Shown: piece after piece, positions 9,198 through 17,749 of the stretch | Layout of the letters: every line of letters begins with the position of its first letter | How positions within the stretch are numbered: the first letter of the stretch is position 1 | Source: Verrucomicrobiota bacterium | GTDB taxonomy: Bacteria; Verrucomicrobiota; Verrucomicrobiia; Limisphaerales; CANJXF01 | Direction of reading: 5' to 3' | Length of the DNA stretch: 64,000 bases | Assembly: GCA_038214755.1 (NCBI GenBank) | Contig: JBBQRQ010000001.1 | Span: 32,001 to 96,000, forward strand | Translations under genes and position numbers: made by a program | Notes under the pieces: model-generated | Seen by the model: the letters and a program-made list of their open reading frames with translations, nothing else | Told to the model about the DNA's origin: nothing | The model's database searches: none

Positions 9198-10625
9198 ATG
9201 CAAAAAACCATTTTTCTTTTTCTGACCCTTGTGTCGGCGCTTGGTTCATCTGCCGCCACCAAACCTAACATCGTTTTTATCCTTGCCGATGATCTCGGCT
9301 ACACGGATGTCGCTTGTTACGGCAGTAAATATTACGAGACACCAAACATTGATCGGCTCGCGCAGCAGGGGATGCGGTTCACCGATGGACATACTTGCGG
9401 ACCAAATTGTCAGCCGTCCCGCGCCGCGTTGATGAGCGGTCAATACATGCCGCGCACCGGGGTTTATACTGTGGGCGGCATCGACCGATTCAATTGGCAA
9501 AGTTGTCCTTTGCGGCCAGTGGATAATGTCACGCAACTTCCGCTGGAAAAAATCACGGTCGCGCAATCTTTGAAAAAAGCCGGTTACGCCACCGCCATGT
9601 TCGGCAAATGGCATTTGGGAAATGACGCAGCGCATCATCCTTCCCAGCGGGGATTTGATGAGGCCATTGAAAGTTCCGGCGTCCATTTTAATTTCAACAC
9701 GAATCCAAAAACCGATTATCCAAAGGGAGAATATCTCGCCGATTTTCTGACGGACAAAGCGGTTGATTTTATTCGCCGCCACAAGGACGGACCCTTCTTT
9801 CTTTACCTGCCGCACTTCGCCGTTCACCAACCGCTTCAAGCCAAAAAAGAATTGATCGAAAAGTTCGAGAAAAAAACTCCAGTCGGCGGACACAAAAATC
9901 CGACTTGCGCCGCGATGATCCAAAGCATCGATGAAAGCGTTGGCCGCGTTCTCGCCGCGCTCGATGAATTGAAGCTTGCTGAAAACACGCTCGTGATTTT
10001 TTCCAGCGACAACGGCGGGGTCGGCGGATATGAGCGCGAAGGAATTAAAAAAGAAGGCGACGTGACGGACAACGCGCCGTTGCGCGGCGGAAAAGGAATG
10101 TTGTACGAGGGCGGACATCGCGTGCCCTATATTTTTCGCTGGCCGGGCAAAATTGCCAAAGGGACAACCTGCGCCGAGACAATAACCGGGGTTGATTTGT
10201 ATCCCACCTTGCTCGAAGTCGCCGGAGCAAAACCTCCCGCAAATTATCCGCTTGATGGAGTGAGCTATCTCAAACTGCTGACGAGTGATGGGAAAGCGAA
10301 ACTAGATCGCGACGCCATTTATTGGCATTTCCCCGGCTATCTCGGCGCAGGCGCGGACCAATGGCGCACGAAACCAGTTGGCGTGATTCGATCCGGTGAT
10401 TGGAAGTTGATGGAATTTTTCGAGGACAATCATCTTGAGCTTTACAATTTGCGCGATGACCTCAGCGAAAAAAACGATCTCGCGTCGAAGAATCCTGAGA
10501 AAACAAAAGAGCTTCAAGCCAAACTCGCCGCCTGGCGCAAAGAGTTGAATGCCCAAATGCCGACACCCAACAAACCGACCAACGTTGTTTCCAAAAAGAA
10601 GAAGAAAAAAGGCGGCGAGGATTAA
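9198..10625 (+). CDS. Exported Cys-type sulfatase
   Basis: PNIVFILADDLG, CQPSRAALMSG, GKWHLG, SDNGG, KGMLYEGG. Confidence 0.95.
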   Translation: MQKTIFLFLTLVSALGSSAATKPNIVFILADDLGYTDVACYGSKYYETPNIDRLAQQGMRFTDGHTCGPNCQPSRAALMSGQYMPRTGVYTVGGIDRFNWQSCPLRPVDNVTQLPLEKITVAQSLKKAGYATAMFGKWHLGNDAAHHPSQRGFDEAIESSGVHFNFNTNPKTDYPKGEYLADFLTDKAVDFIRRHKDGPFFLYLPHFAVHQPLQAKKELIEKFEKKTPVGGHKNPTCAAMIQSIDESVGRVLAALDELKLAENTLVIFSSDNGGVGGYEREGIKKEGDVTDNAPLRGGKGMLYEGGHRVPYIFRWPGKIAKGTTCAETITGVDLYPTLLEVAGAKPPANYPLDGVSYLKLLTSDGKAKLDRDAIYWHFPGYLGAGADQWRTKPVGVIRSGDWKLMEFFEDNHLELYNLRDDLSEKNDLASKNPEKTKELQAKLAAWRKELNAQMPTPNKPTNVVSKKKKKKGGED

Positions 10626-10673
10626 ACGAATCCACGCTCACCGACCCTTGCCAAGGATTCTCCGCGTACTCTA

Positions 10674-11495
10674 TTACTTCGTCGCTGCGAATTTCCCTCT
10701 CTGCGCCGTTCCAAGTGGGCTAAGGAATTGCCTCGCACCAGCGGCGATGAAGTCGAGAACCTTGGGAGCCTGAAAGAAGAGGAAACCTTGCTTCTGAAAT
10801 CGTTTTAGATCCTCCGGCGTACGAGCGGGCCGTCCCATCACCTTACCAAATTTCTTTCCGGCACCTGCAATTTTGGAAATGGCTTCTTCCAACCGTGGGT
10901 GATTTTGTTTGCCGCGAAGCCCGAGCGAGAACGAAAGGTCGCTCGTGCCGATGAAGAGCACATCAATGCCAGGAGTGGCGGCAATCTCTTCGATATGAGA
11001 GAGCGCCGTCGCATCCTCGACGACCGCGACCACCAGAACGTTTTCATCCGCAAAATCGTAATAGCCTTCCGGTGCCGGCCAGCGGAACGCAGCGAGGTCA
11101 GCACCCGATCCTCGCAAACCTGCAGGCGGATAGCGGCACGCGGCAGCGGCTTGCCGCGCCAGGTCCGGTGTGCTGGTGAAAGGAAAGATCACGCCGAGCG
11201 CCCCGGTGTCGAGGACGCGTCTGGCGGACCAAAGTTCATTTACGGGCGGACGAACGAACGGCACCGCCGGCAATCCGCGCGTGGCCAGAACGATGTTGCG
11301 CACTGTCTCCAGGCTGATGGGCGAATGTTCCATCTCAAGCCAGAGGAAATCGAAACCAAGCGCGGCGGCATGGGCGGCGACCTCAACATTGTTGACGTTG
11401 ATCGTGATGCCGATGACGGGCTGGCCACTCTTGAGTTTTGCCTTAACCGGATTTTTCCATTTCGAATTGGCCGGCGTTCTTTTTCTCGATCGCAT
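10674..11495 (-). CDS. HpcH/HpaI aldolase family protein
   Basis: GFDFLWLEMEH, LDTGALG, RYPPAGLRG, GIDVLFIG..DLS; start set at MRSRK. Confidence 0.88.
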   Translation of the reverse strand: MRSRKRTPANSKWKNPVKAKLKSGQPVIGITINVNNVEVAAHAAALGFDFLWLEMEHSPISLETVRNIVLATRGLPAVPFVRPPVNELWSARRVLDTGALGVIFPFTSTPDLARQAAAACRYPPAGLRGSGADLAAFRWPAPEGYYDFADENVLVVAVVEDATALSHIEEIAATPGIDVLFIGTSDLSFSLGLRGKQNHPRLEEAISKIAGAGKKFGKVMGRPARTPEDLKRFQKQGFLFFQAPKVLDFIAAGARQFLSPLGTAQRGKFAATK

Positions 11496-11564
11496 AAACG
11501 TGGTTCGCTCTGCGTCACTGTGTGGGAGGGGGAAACTCTTTGACCAGCCAAACTTCCGAAATCT

Positions 11565-11846
11565 CGCAGGCGCGGACCAATGGCGCACGAAACCAGTTGG
11601 CGTGATTCGATCCGGTGATTGGAAGTTGATGGAATTTTTCGAGGACACAAATCATCTTGAACACTACAATTTGCGAGCTGACCTCAGCGAAAAAAATGAT
11701 CTCGCGTCGAAGAATCCTGAGAAGGCAAAAGCGCTTCAAACCAAACTCGCCGCCTGGCGCAAAGACTTGAACGTCCCGATGCCGACGCGCAACAAACCAA
11801 CGAACGTCGCTTCCAAAAAGAAGAAAAAAAAGGCGGCGAGGATTGA
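11565..11846 (+). pseudogene. Diverged second copy of the sulfatase 3' end (matches 10346-10625)
   Basis: First ~82 bp identical, then diverged; ends GGCGGCGAGGATTGA versus GGCGGCGAGGATTAA. Confidence 0.92.
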
Positions 11847-11911
11847 GGCCGTTGCCACGCCGCCTAACGAATCCAAACTTACCGACTGCGGAGTAGTTTG
11901 CTCGTCCGATT

Positions 11912-12088
11912 TTAGGACTTGGTTGATTTGGTGACAACCTTGTGGCCGGATTTCCATTGGCGCGCGCGCGCATCACGAACCATCGCAGCCAAATCGTAAT
12001 TGTAACGCTTCATCAATTCGGTTTTCACGCGGCGAACTTCGGCCATAACCGAATCGATCTCCTTGGGGTGATTGGTCTTGGGTGTCAT
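11912..12088 (-). CDS. Small protein of the type found beside PIN toxins (D.VMAEVRRVK.EL...YNYD)
   Basis: 58 aa ORF; motif recognition; partner toxin absent. Confidence 0.55.
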   Translation of the reverse strand: MTPKTNHPKEIDSVMAEVRRVKTELMKRYNYDLAAMVRDARARQWKSGHKVVTKSTKS

Positions 12089-12136
12089 TGTCGTCACTCT
12101 GGCGCAGATCATCAGTGTTGTGCAAGCGCGAGGGGC

Positions 12137-12255
12137 TCCGCGGCAATCATGGTATTTGGATGACGCATGAACTCGCGCAAATCCGTTTCGCTCATGCCGT
12201 GAAACACCGCCGATGCGCCGCCATTTTTCTCGATCTCCAAAATCATTTCAATCTG
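12137..12255 (-). pseudogene. 119-bp copy of an internal segment of the D-aminoacylase gene (matches 13320-13438)
   Basis: 6 mismatches, all synonymous in the parent reading frame. Confidence 0.92.
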
Positions 12256-12614
12256 ATCCGCACGCGATGAACTTCGATCAGGAAGAGTTTGCCGTGGTAG
12301 AATTCCTGAGCCGGATGGCTATCGAGAAAGGCGACCAGTCGTTCCATCAGTTGCGGAATAATCTCCGGGTGATTGTGCAATTGAACGGCCAGGATACCGA
12401 GGAAGTTCGCCGGCGGATAGGCCACGATGTCGGCGAAATCGCCATTGAGGGAAAGGAGAATCGCGCCCAGTTCGTGCGCCTGGGCGATGACCACCGGGTC
12501 AAGCGAGCGGACGGGAAGAACTTCGCGCAGTAAGGTGACCTGATGTCCGTGTCGGCGAAGCGTGTCGCTGATTTCGGCCGGCACGCATTGGTCGCTGAAG
12601 AACCGCAGGCTCAT
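12243..12614 (-). CDS. DUF5615 PIN-like toxin
   Basis: RFFSDQCVP...LRRHGHQV...D..V...A......LLSLNGDFAD; ATGA overlap with DUF433 gene. Confidence 0.85.
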   Translation of the reverse strand: MSLRFFSDQCVPAEISDTLRRHGHQVTLLREVLPVRSLDPVVIAQAHELGAILLSLNGDFADIVAYPPANFLGILAVQLHNHPEIIPQLMERLVAFLDSHPAQEFYHGKLFLIEVHRVRIRLK

Positions 12615-12832
12615 GCCGGTACGGCTTCAAACTCCGCCAACTCGCGCGCGTAATCCAGACAGGCCGCCACGTCGGTCGCAATGAGGTCGGGGAATTCCTG
12701 CTGGATGGCTGCGGCATCGCGTCCTGCGGCCAAATATCCCAGAATGAGCGCCACGGGAATTCTGGTGCCTTTAATGCACGGTTTGCCACGGAGGATTTGC
12801 GGATTGCTGACGATGTGTTCACGCCAATTCAT
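12611..12832 (-). CDS. DUF433 antitoxin
   Basis: IVSNPQILRGKPCIKGTRIPV...I..EFPDL...DV.ACL.YA. Confidence 0.9.
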   Translation of the reverse strand: MNWREHIVSNPQILRGKPCIKGTRIPVALILGYLAAGRDAAAIQQEFPDLIATDVAACLDYARELAEFEAVPA

Positions 12833-12949
12833 ACGACGGATTATGTCATGGTATCGAGTGAAGGCGAGTTCTTTGCGCCGATCAAACCAGACGCGCAGTT
12901 CATCCTTGCGCAACTGTTCCGCGCATCATGGCAAAAATATTTCGGTTTA

Positions 12950-14521
12950 TCAGTTGAGCTTTGAAGTATGTCGCAAAGCCATGCCCGGTCGCGCGCCAGT
13001 ATGCTCGTCGTTTTCGACAACCCTGACGCCATTTACAAAAACATATTTAAATCCAGTTGAGTAATGATGCGGATCTTTGTAGTTCGCATTGTCGATGATC
13101 GTCGCGGGATCAAACACCACGATATCCGCCCAATTTCCTTCGCGTAATTCGCCGCGATTTTTAATTTGAAAAGTTGTCGCCGGAAGCGAAGTCATTTTCC
13201 GAATGGCATCTTCGAGCCGCAAAACTTTTTCCTCTCGCACGTATTTGCCGAGCACACGCGCGTTGTTGCCATAGCCGCGAGGGTGGGGGACGCCTTCGTT
13301 CAATTTTCTCACGCCGCTGTCCGCTGCAATCATCGTATTGGGATGACGCATGAACTCGCGCAAATCCGTTTCGCTCATGCCGTGAAACACCGCCGACGCG
13401 CCGCCGTTTTTCTCAATCTCCAAAATCATTTCAATCTGGTCGTCGAGCGAATCGCTGTGGCGGGTTTTTTGCGCGGCTTCGACGATGTTCAATCCATTCA
13501 ACGATTTGTCATGCTTGTAGGAAGCGATCACGGCGTAGGCGTAACTTTCGCTGCCGCGACGCTGCAATCCGTCCTTCATCTGAGCGATAATTTTTTTCTT
13601 TTGTTCCGCATCATCGAGCCGTTCGATCAACTTTTTGTTTCCGCCATCTTTCGCGCTGTCCGGCACGAGTTGGCTGATGCCGGTGCTCGAAGCGGTGTAG
13701 GCATATTGGTCCTGAGTAATGTCGAGTCCTTCGCTGCGCGCTTTTTCGATGGCGGCAATGACCTGATCGGTCTTTCCCCAATTTGATTTTCCAGAAAGTT
13801 TGATGTGCGAAATTTCCGCGCGAATGTGCGCTTCGCGAGCGATGCGAAAAATTTCGTCGAGCGATTTCAAAATCTCTTCGCCCTCGCTGCGTTGATGCGT
13901 TGCATAAATTCCATCGTAAGCCGAAGCCACTTTCGCCAGCTCGATGATCTCTTCGGTCTTGGCGAAAACTCCCGGCAGATAAATCAAGCCCGTCGAAAGT
14001 CCGACCGCGCCATCCTTCATCGCTTGCTCGACGAGTGAACGCATCATGTTCAATTCTGCCTCGGTGGGCGGGCGCATGAATGAGCCGCCCATCGCTTTTC
14101 CGCGAACCGTTCCGTGCCCGATCAGCGTCGCGACATTCGGAGACATTTTGATTCGCTCAAGCTTTTTAAAAAATTCTCCAACTTTTGCAACTGAGCCGCC
14201 GCAATTGCCGAGCACCAAAGTCGTGACACCCATGCGCACGAAATTTTCGCCGAGCGGCTGCTCGCTGATTTCCTCGGCGTGGGTGTGGACGTCGATGAAT
14301 CCCGGGGCGACCACCATTCCGCTGACATCGATTTCCTTTTTTGCGCGTTGATGGATTTTTCCGATGGCAACGATGCGCCCTTTTTTCACGGCGACGTCGC
14401 CGAGGTAAGACGGATTTCCCGTGCCGGCCGCGATGCGGCCGTTGCGCAAAATCAAATCGTAATTTTTTGCATCGAGAGAAAAGACCGCGCTAAACAACGC
14501 CAAAGTCATCCAAATTTTCAT
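12950..14521 (-). CDS. N-acyl-D-amino-acid deacylase (amidohydrolase 3 family)
   Basis: PGFIDVHTH, GNCGGS, GLSTGLIY.PG, SHIK, HPRGYG; signal peptide. Confidence 0.9.
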   Translation of the reverse strand: MKIWMTLALFSAVFSLDAKNYDLILRNGRIAAGTGNPSYLGDVAVKKGRIVAIGKIHQRAKKEIDVSGMVVAPGFIDVHTHAEEISEQPLGENFVRMGVTTLVLGNCGGSVAKVGEFFKKLERIKMSPNVATLIGHGTVRGKAMGGSFMRPPTEAELNMMRSLVEQAMKDGAVGLSTGLIYLPGVFAKTEEIIELAKVASAYDGIYATHQRSEGEEILKSLDEIFRIAREAHIRAEISHIKLSGKSNWGKTDQVIAAIEKARSEGLDITQDQYAYTASSTGISQLVPDSAKDGGNKKLIERLDDAEQKKKIIAQMKDGLQRRGSESYAYAVIASYKHDKSLNGLNIVEAAQKTRHSDSLDDQIEMILEIEKNGGASAVFHGMSETDLREFMRHPNTMIAADSGVRKLNEGVPHPRGYGNNARVLGKYVREEKVLRLEDAIRKMTSLPATTFQIKNRGELREGNWADIVVFDPATIIDNANYKDPHHYSTGFKYVFVNGVRVVENDEHTGARPGMALRHTSKLN

Positions 14522-14585
14522 CGGTGCATTTTCCGAAATTGAAGAGCGGAAAGCGATAAGGTTTTTAGCTTGCCTGATTGGCAAA

Positions 14586-14684
14586 AACAAAATCAATCCA
14601 GACGAATTGAACCAATGCGTCGTCGCGCTGGCCGTGATGTGTTACGCGATTGCTGATGGAAAAGAAGATTTGCTTCGCCGATAA
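14586..14684 (+). pseudogene. Orphan C-terminal remnant resembling an M28 peptidase (KINPDELNQCVVALAVMCYAIAD...stop)
   Basis: Read by hand; no upstream gene body. Confidence 0.5.
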
Positions 14685-14695
14685 TCGACGCATTG

Positions 14696-15288
14696 TTACA
14701 ATACGTCGTGCCGTAGAACCTTCTCCCGCCACTTTCGCACACTACTCATGTCCATCCGTTCGCCCTTGAATTCGATCTGCTTCACCGGCTTCGTCCCGTT
14801 CTGGCTTTCGCGTTTGAGCACGCTGCTGATTTCCATCCAGCGCACGTCGGCGAACTCCACCTTCTCCTTCCCGACGGCCCGCTCGTCCTCCTCGGAGAAG
14901 GTGCCGATCACGAGCATCACCGGATGGGGCTGATTCATCCACGTCTTCACCCAGCGCTGTTTCCGGATCGTGAAAATCTCCGCCCCGTCCGCCTTCCTCT
15001 TCGTGAGATGCGAATTGCCGGCCTTGAGTTGCAGGCAGAGTCCCTTGCCGGTTCCATTACCGTCCTCATTGGTGAATTCGAGCAGGATGTCGATCCCGTC
15101 GTCCTCATCCCCGGGAACCTCGATCCATTTCTGATTCGCGCTCGTGATGCGCGCGCCGACATCGAGCACGAGCAGCTTCCCTTTTCTCCGCGTGGTCAGT
15201 TTCGCGAGATCGTCCGCCTGAAGTTCCTCCACCTGCCGGCGCCCCGCCTCGCTGGCAAACTTCCTCTCCAGCGCATCCCAGAGCGGGA
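14696..15288 (-). pseudogene. C-terminal remnant with DUF4365 / PD-(D/E)xK nuclease-like domain
   Basis: DDGIDILLEF...LCLQLKAG motif; 5' end runs into the transposase-flanking repeat, no native start. Confidence 0.7.
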
Positions 15289-15289
15289 G

Positions 15290-15969
15290 GGCCAAAGGCC
15301 CGTCCACAAGCCAGCCCAGGGCAAGCGAGGAACGAGCGCCGCCCTGGGTTCTTCCGGACAAAAATGAAAACAAGCCCCAACGGGGCGCGACTAGACCCGC
15401 TCAATCCCACACGTATCGTTCATCGATCTCGACGCCATGTTTCCGGCAAAGCGCCCGAAACTCATCCTGAAATGACACCTCGCGATGATGCTCCTCCTGC
15501 GTCGCGACATAGGCCCGGACCTGCTCGACGTTGGATTGGCTGACGGAAAACGCGCCGTATCCACCCTGCCAGTGGAAATCTCGGTAAGCGGGTGCCTGTT
15601 CCTTCATCCATTTCGACGGACCTGTCTTCGCCTTTTCCACCAAATCCGCGATGGTGACGGTTCGGGAAAGATTGCACAGGATGTGAACGTGATCTTCCAC
15701 GCCGCCGATGAGGATGGGTTCGCACCCGATGTTTTGCAGGACGCCCGCCATGTAGCCGTGCAGCCGGGCGCGAAGTTCCGGGTCTTTGAGAAAAGGAACA
15801 CGATTCTTCGTGCTGAAGACGACATGCAGGACGACGCGGGCTAATGATTGCGGCATAATGGAGCGAAATTGTTACGCCCCGTTGGGGCTTTGCCCATTCT
15901 ATATTTCCAGACCCAGGGCGGCGCTCGTTCCTCGCTTGCCCTGGGCTGGCTTGTAGCAGGCCGTTGGCC
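15290..15969. mobile_element. Y1 transposase element bounded by ~100-bp composite inverted palindromic repeats
   Basis: 15290-15390 and 15871-15969 are reverse complements (CCAGCCCAGGGCAAGCGAGGAACGAGCGCCGCCCTGGGT; AAGCCCCAACGGGGCG). Confidence 0.85.
15401..15856 (-). CDS. tnpA: IS200/IS605-family (RAYT-like) HUH Y1 transposase
   Basis: HVVFSTKNR, DHVHIL (HUH), WQGGYGAFSVS, YVATQEEHH catalytic Tyr; no tnpB. Confidence 0.92.
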   Translation of the reverse strand: MPQSLARVVLHVVFSTKNRVPFLKDPELRARLHGYMAGVLQNIGCEPILIGGVEDHVHILCNLSRTVTIADLVEKAKTGPSKWMKEQAPAYRDFHWQGGYGAFSVSQSNVEQVRAYVATQEEHHREVSFQDEFRALCRKHGVEIDERYVWD

Positions 15970-15992
15970 TTGGGCTTCGCGTCGCTTCAGTC

Positions 15993-16019
15993 GCCGCCGA
16001 AATACCACAGCCAGATTTC
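15993..16019 (-). pseudogene. Tiny remnant of Roc GTPase G3 motif (EIWLWYFGG versus EIWLWDFGGQ)
   Basis: Read by hand; collinear between the TIR and DUF4365 remnants. Confidence 0.55.
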
Positions 16020-16035
16020 TGGATCGAGGCCGAGA

Positions 16036-17247
16036 TCATCGTTTTCTAGCGCCACGCTCTATACGCCAGACGAAATAGGCCGGGGAGCGGCGAGTTTCGC
16101 GCTTCGTTTCATGGGAGTCCCATAGTGCTTTGATTGCCGCGGCTATCGGTGCACTACAACCTGCAATAACCGAAGGGAGCGCAAGCCCATGGACGGCTGC
16201 GATAGTTAGAGCCGTGCTGGCAACATACGCGCCGCTTCTGGCAATCGAGTTCATCCGAGCAAGCCGGTTACAAGTATGGCGGACTTTTTCTAGCTCATCC
16301 TCTAACAAATCACGCTTGAGCTGCTTGGCCGCTTCTGTAGTGTCTTTAGCATTAGAGGCATCCTCAATCGCCCGGTCGAGCTTCCGTCTGAACGCTGTTA
16401 GTGATTCAGCTTCATCCTCAAGAACCTTAGCAAGAAGTGGAAGCGGTATGTTTTCGAGGAATGGAATTTCGAGTCGAAGCAGAGGATCTTCGTCCGGCGG
16501 TTTCAATGTTTCGCTGAGATCAGATAAATGCGTCGCACCCAACACATCGGCTTTCAGCACATCCTCGCCGACTGATGCCGCATTTATCCCGGGAGAAATG
16601 AAAGGAGTAAACGCTACTTGTCCCGAAACCATGAGTGGCTGGCAATCCTCAAGGAACTGATTCTCCTGCGGGATCGCAACGTGCAAAAATCCACCTGCCA
16701 AATGACAGTGCTCGCCGTGGGCATTGATGGAAGGGTCTGCCAAACGAGAAGACATGGTGCGGTTCCATCGCGACGTGCCCTTGCCTGACCAGTCTGCCGC
16801 TAATAAAGCCGTCTCGGACGACACGTCTGCAGAGGCGATCATCTTCGCAACCATTGCTACTAGCCAATCGCGGGCTGGCGCGAATCCGAGACGGCTACCA
16901 GTTTTTGGGTCAATGCTGGCAGATGCGCCAAGGACTGGACTCGCTAGTTCATCAGAGATTGGAAAAACGGAGTAACCAGAGGGCTTGACCCATTCATCTA
17001 CGCTAAAGCAGACGAGGTCCGCTGCGATTAGACCTCGGCGAATCGCTCCTGCTGCTTCAACTGGCGAGCCGACAATGCGAATGGCTTTCCTACCAGGGAA
17101 CTCGCGGATCGACTCGATGTAGTCTTCGACTGAGTGTTTGATGTGGAAATCGACTAACTCTGTCTTTGCCTTGGGGAACGTGGCTACCAAGTCGAAGAGG
17201 GCTTGATTCAAGGCAGCCAATCTCTTTCTGTTATGTTCAATCCGCAT
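16036..17247 (-). CDS. Hypothetical protein with hydrophobic C-terminal hairpin; atypical codon usage
   Basis: 403 aa ORF overlapping the TIR ORF end. Confidence 0.7.
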   Translation of the reverse strand: MRIEHNRKRLAALNQALFDLVATFPKAKTELVDFHIKHSVEDYIESIREFPGRKAIRIVGSPVEAAGAIRRGLIAADLVCFSVDEWVKPSGYSVFPISDELASPVLGASASIDPKTGSRLGFAPARDWLVAMVAKMIASADVSSETALLAADWSGKGTSRWNRTMSSRLADPSINAHGEHCHLAGGFLHVAIPQENQFLEDCQPLMVSGQVAFTPFISPGINAASVGEDVLKADVLGATHLSDLSETLKPPDEDPLLRLEIPFLENIPLPLLAKVLEDEAESLTAFRRKLDRAIEDASNAKDTTEAAKQLKRDLLEDELEKVRHTCNRLARMNSIARSGAYVASTALTIAAVHGLALPSVIAGCSAPIAAAIKALWDSHETKRETRRSPAYFVWRIERGARKR

Positions 17248-17614
17248 GTTGCGCCAGGGAGCCTTTGATGGGGGCGTCGTCGAGCCGCAGGGGAAGGAAG
17301 CGGCGCTCCTTGTTCAGCGGGTCGCGAAACCGGAACGTGCCGGACTCCAACTGCGCCCAGTCCGAGCCGAACGCATGGGCCGACATGCAGAGCACCAGCA
17401 CGCGCGAGTGCTCCAGCCCTTCCTCGATCTTCGCCGCCCTCACCCCTGACCCCTCTCCCATCCGATGGGCGAGGGGAACCTCAGGCTTGAGCCCCCATTC
17501 ATCGAACCACACCTTCACCCCGTCCTTCCGCAACCGTTCCGCCAGCGGGCGCACCACCGCCTTGTCCTTTGCGCTGTGGCTCAGGAAGACGTCGTGTTGG
17601 AAATCATTCGACAT
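17237..17614 (-). CDS. TIR (TIR_2-like) domain, probably the truncated N-terminus of a larger gene
   Basis: DVFLSHSAKDK..VRPLAERL..DGVKVWFDEW, SDWAQLE with conserved Glu. Confidence 0.85.
   Translation of the reverse strand: MSNDFQHDVFLSHSAKDKAVVRPLAERLRKDGVKVWFDEWGLKPEVPLAHRMGEGSGVRAAKIEEGLEHSRVLVLCMSAHAFGSDWAQLESGTFRFRDPLNKERRFLPLRLDDAPIKGSLAQHAD
17437..17476. repeat. Family I hairpin (CCCTCACCCC...CCCTCTCCC...GGGCGAGGGG) in frame inside the TIR ORF
   Basis: Encodes PLAHRMGEGSGVR; related to repeats at 34333-34493 and 62168-62735. Confidence 0.75.
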
Positions 17615-17749
17615 GCGTTATCTCGGCGATGTAAGGCGAAACGCTTGGGTTCTTCAAGTTACATATTCTACCAACGGCAAGAAATAGAGGTTTAAAGCTA
17701 ATCGAGTTGACGCGACTTCGGGAAAAGTTTGAAACTTCGTTTTATCACT

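Noticed and set aside
11170..11934. 254-aa plus-strand ORF
   Set aside because: Chimera of the aldolase antisense strand and the stranded sulfatase tail
10346..13438. Diversity-generating retroelement TR/VR pairs
   Set aside because: Mismatches are not adenine-specific (C/T, G/C and T/C are present), mostly silent, and no reverse transcriptase is in the window
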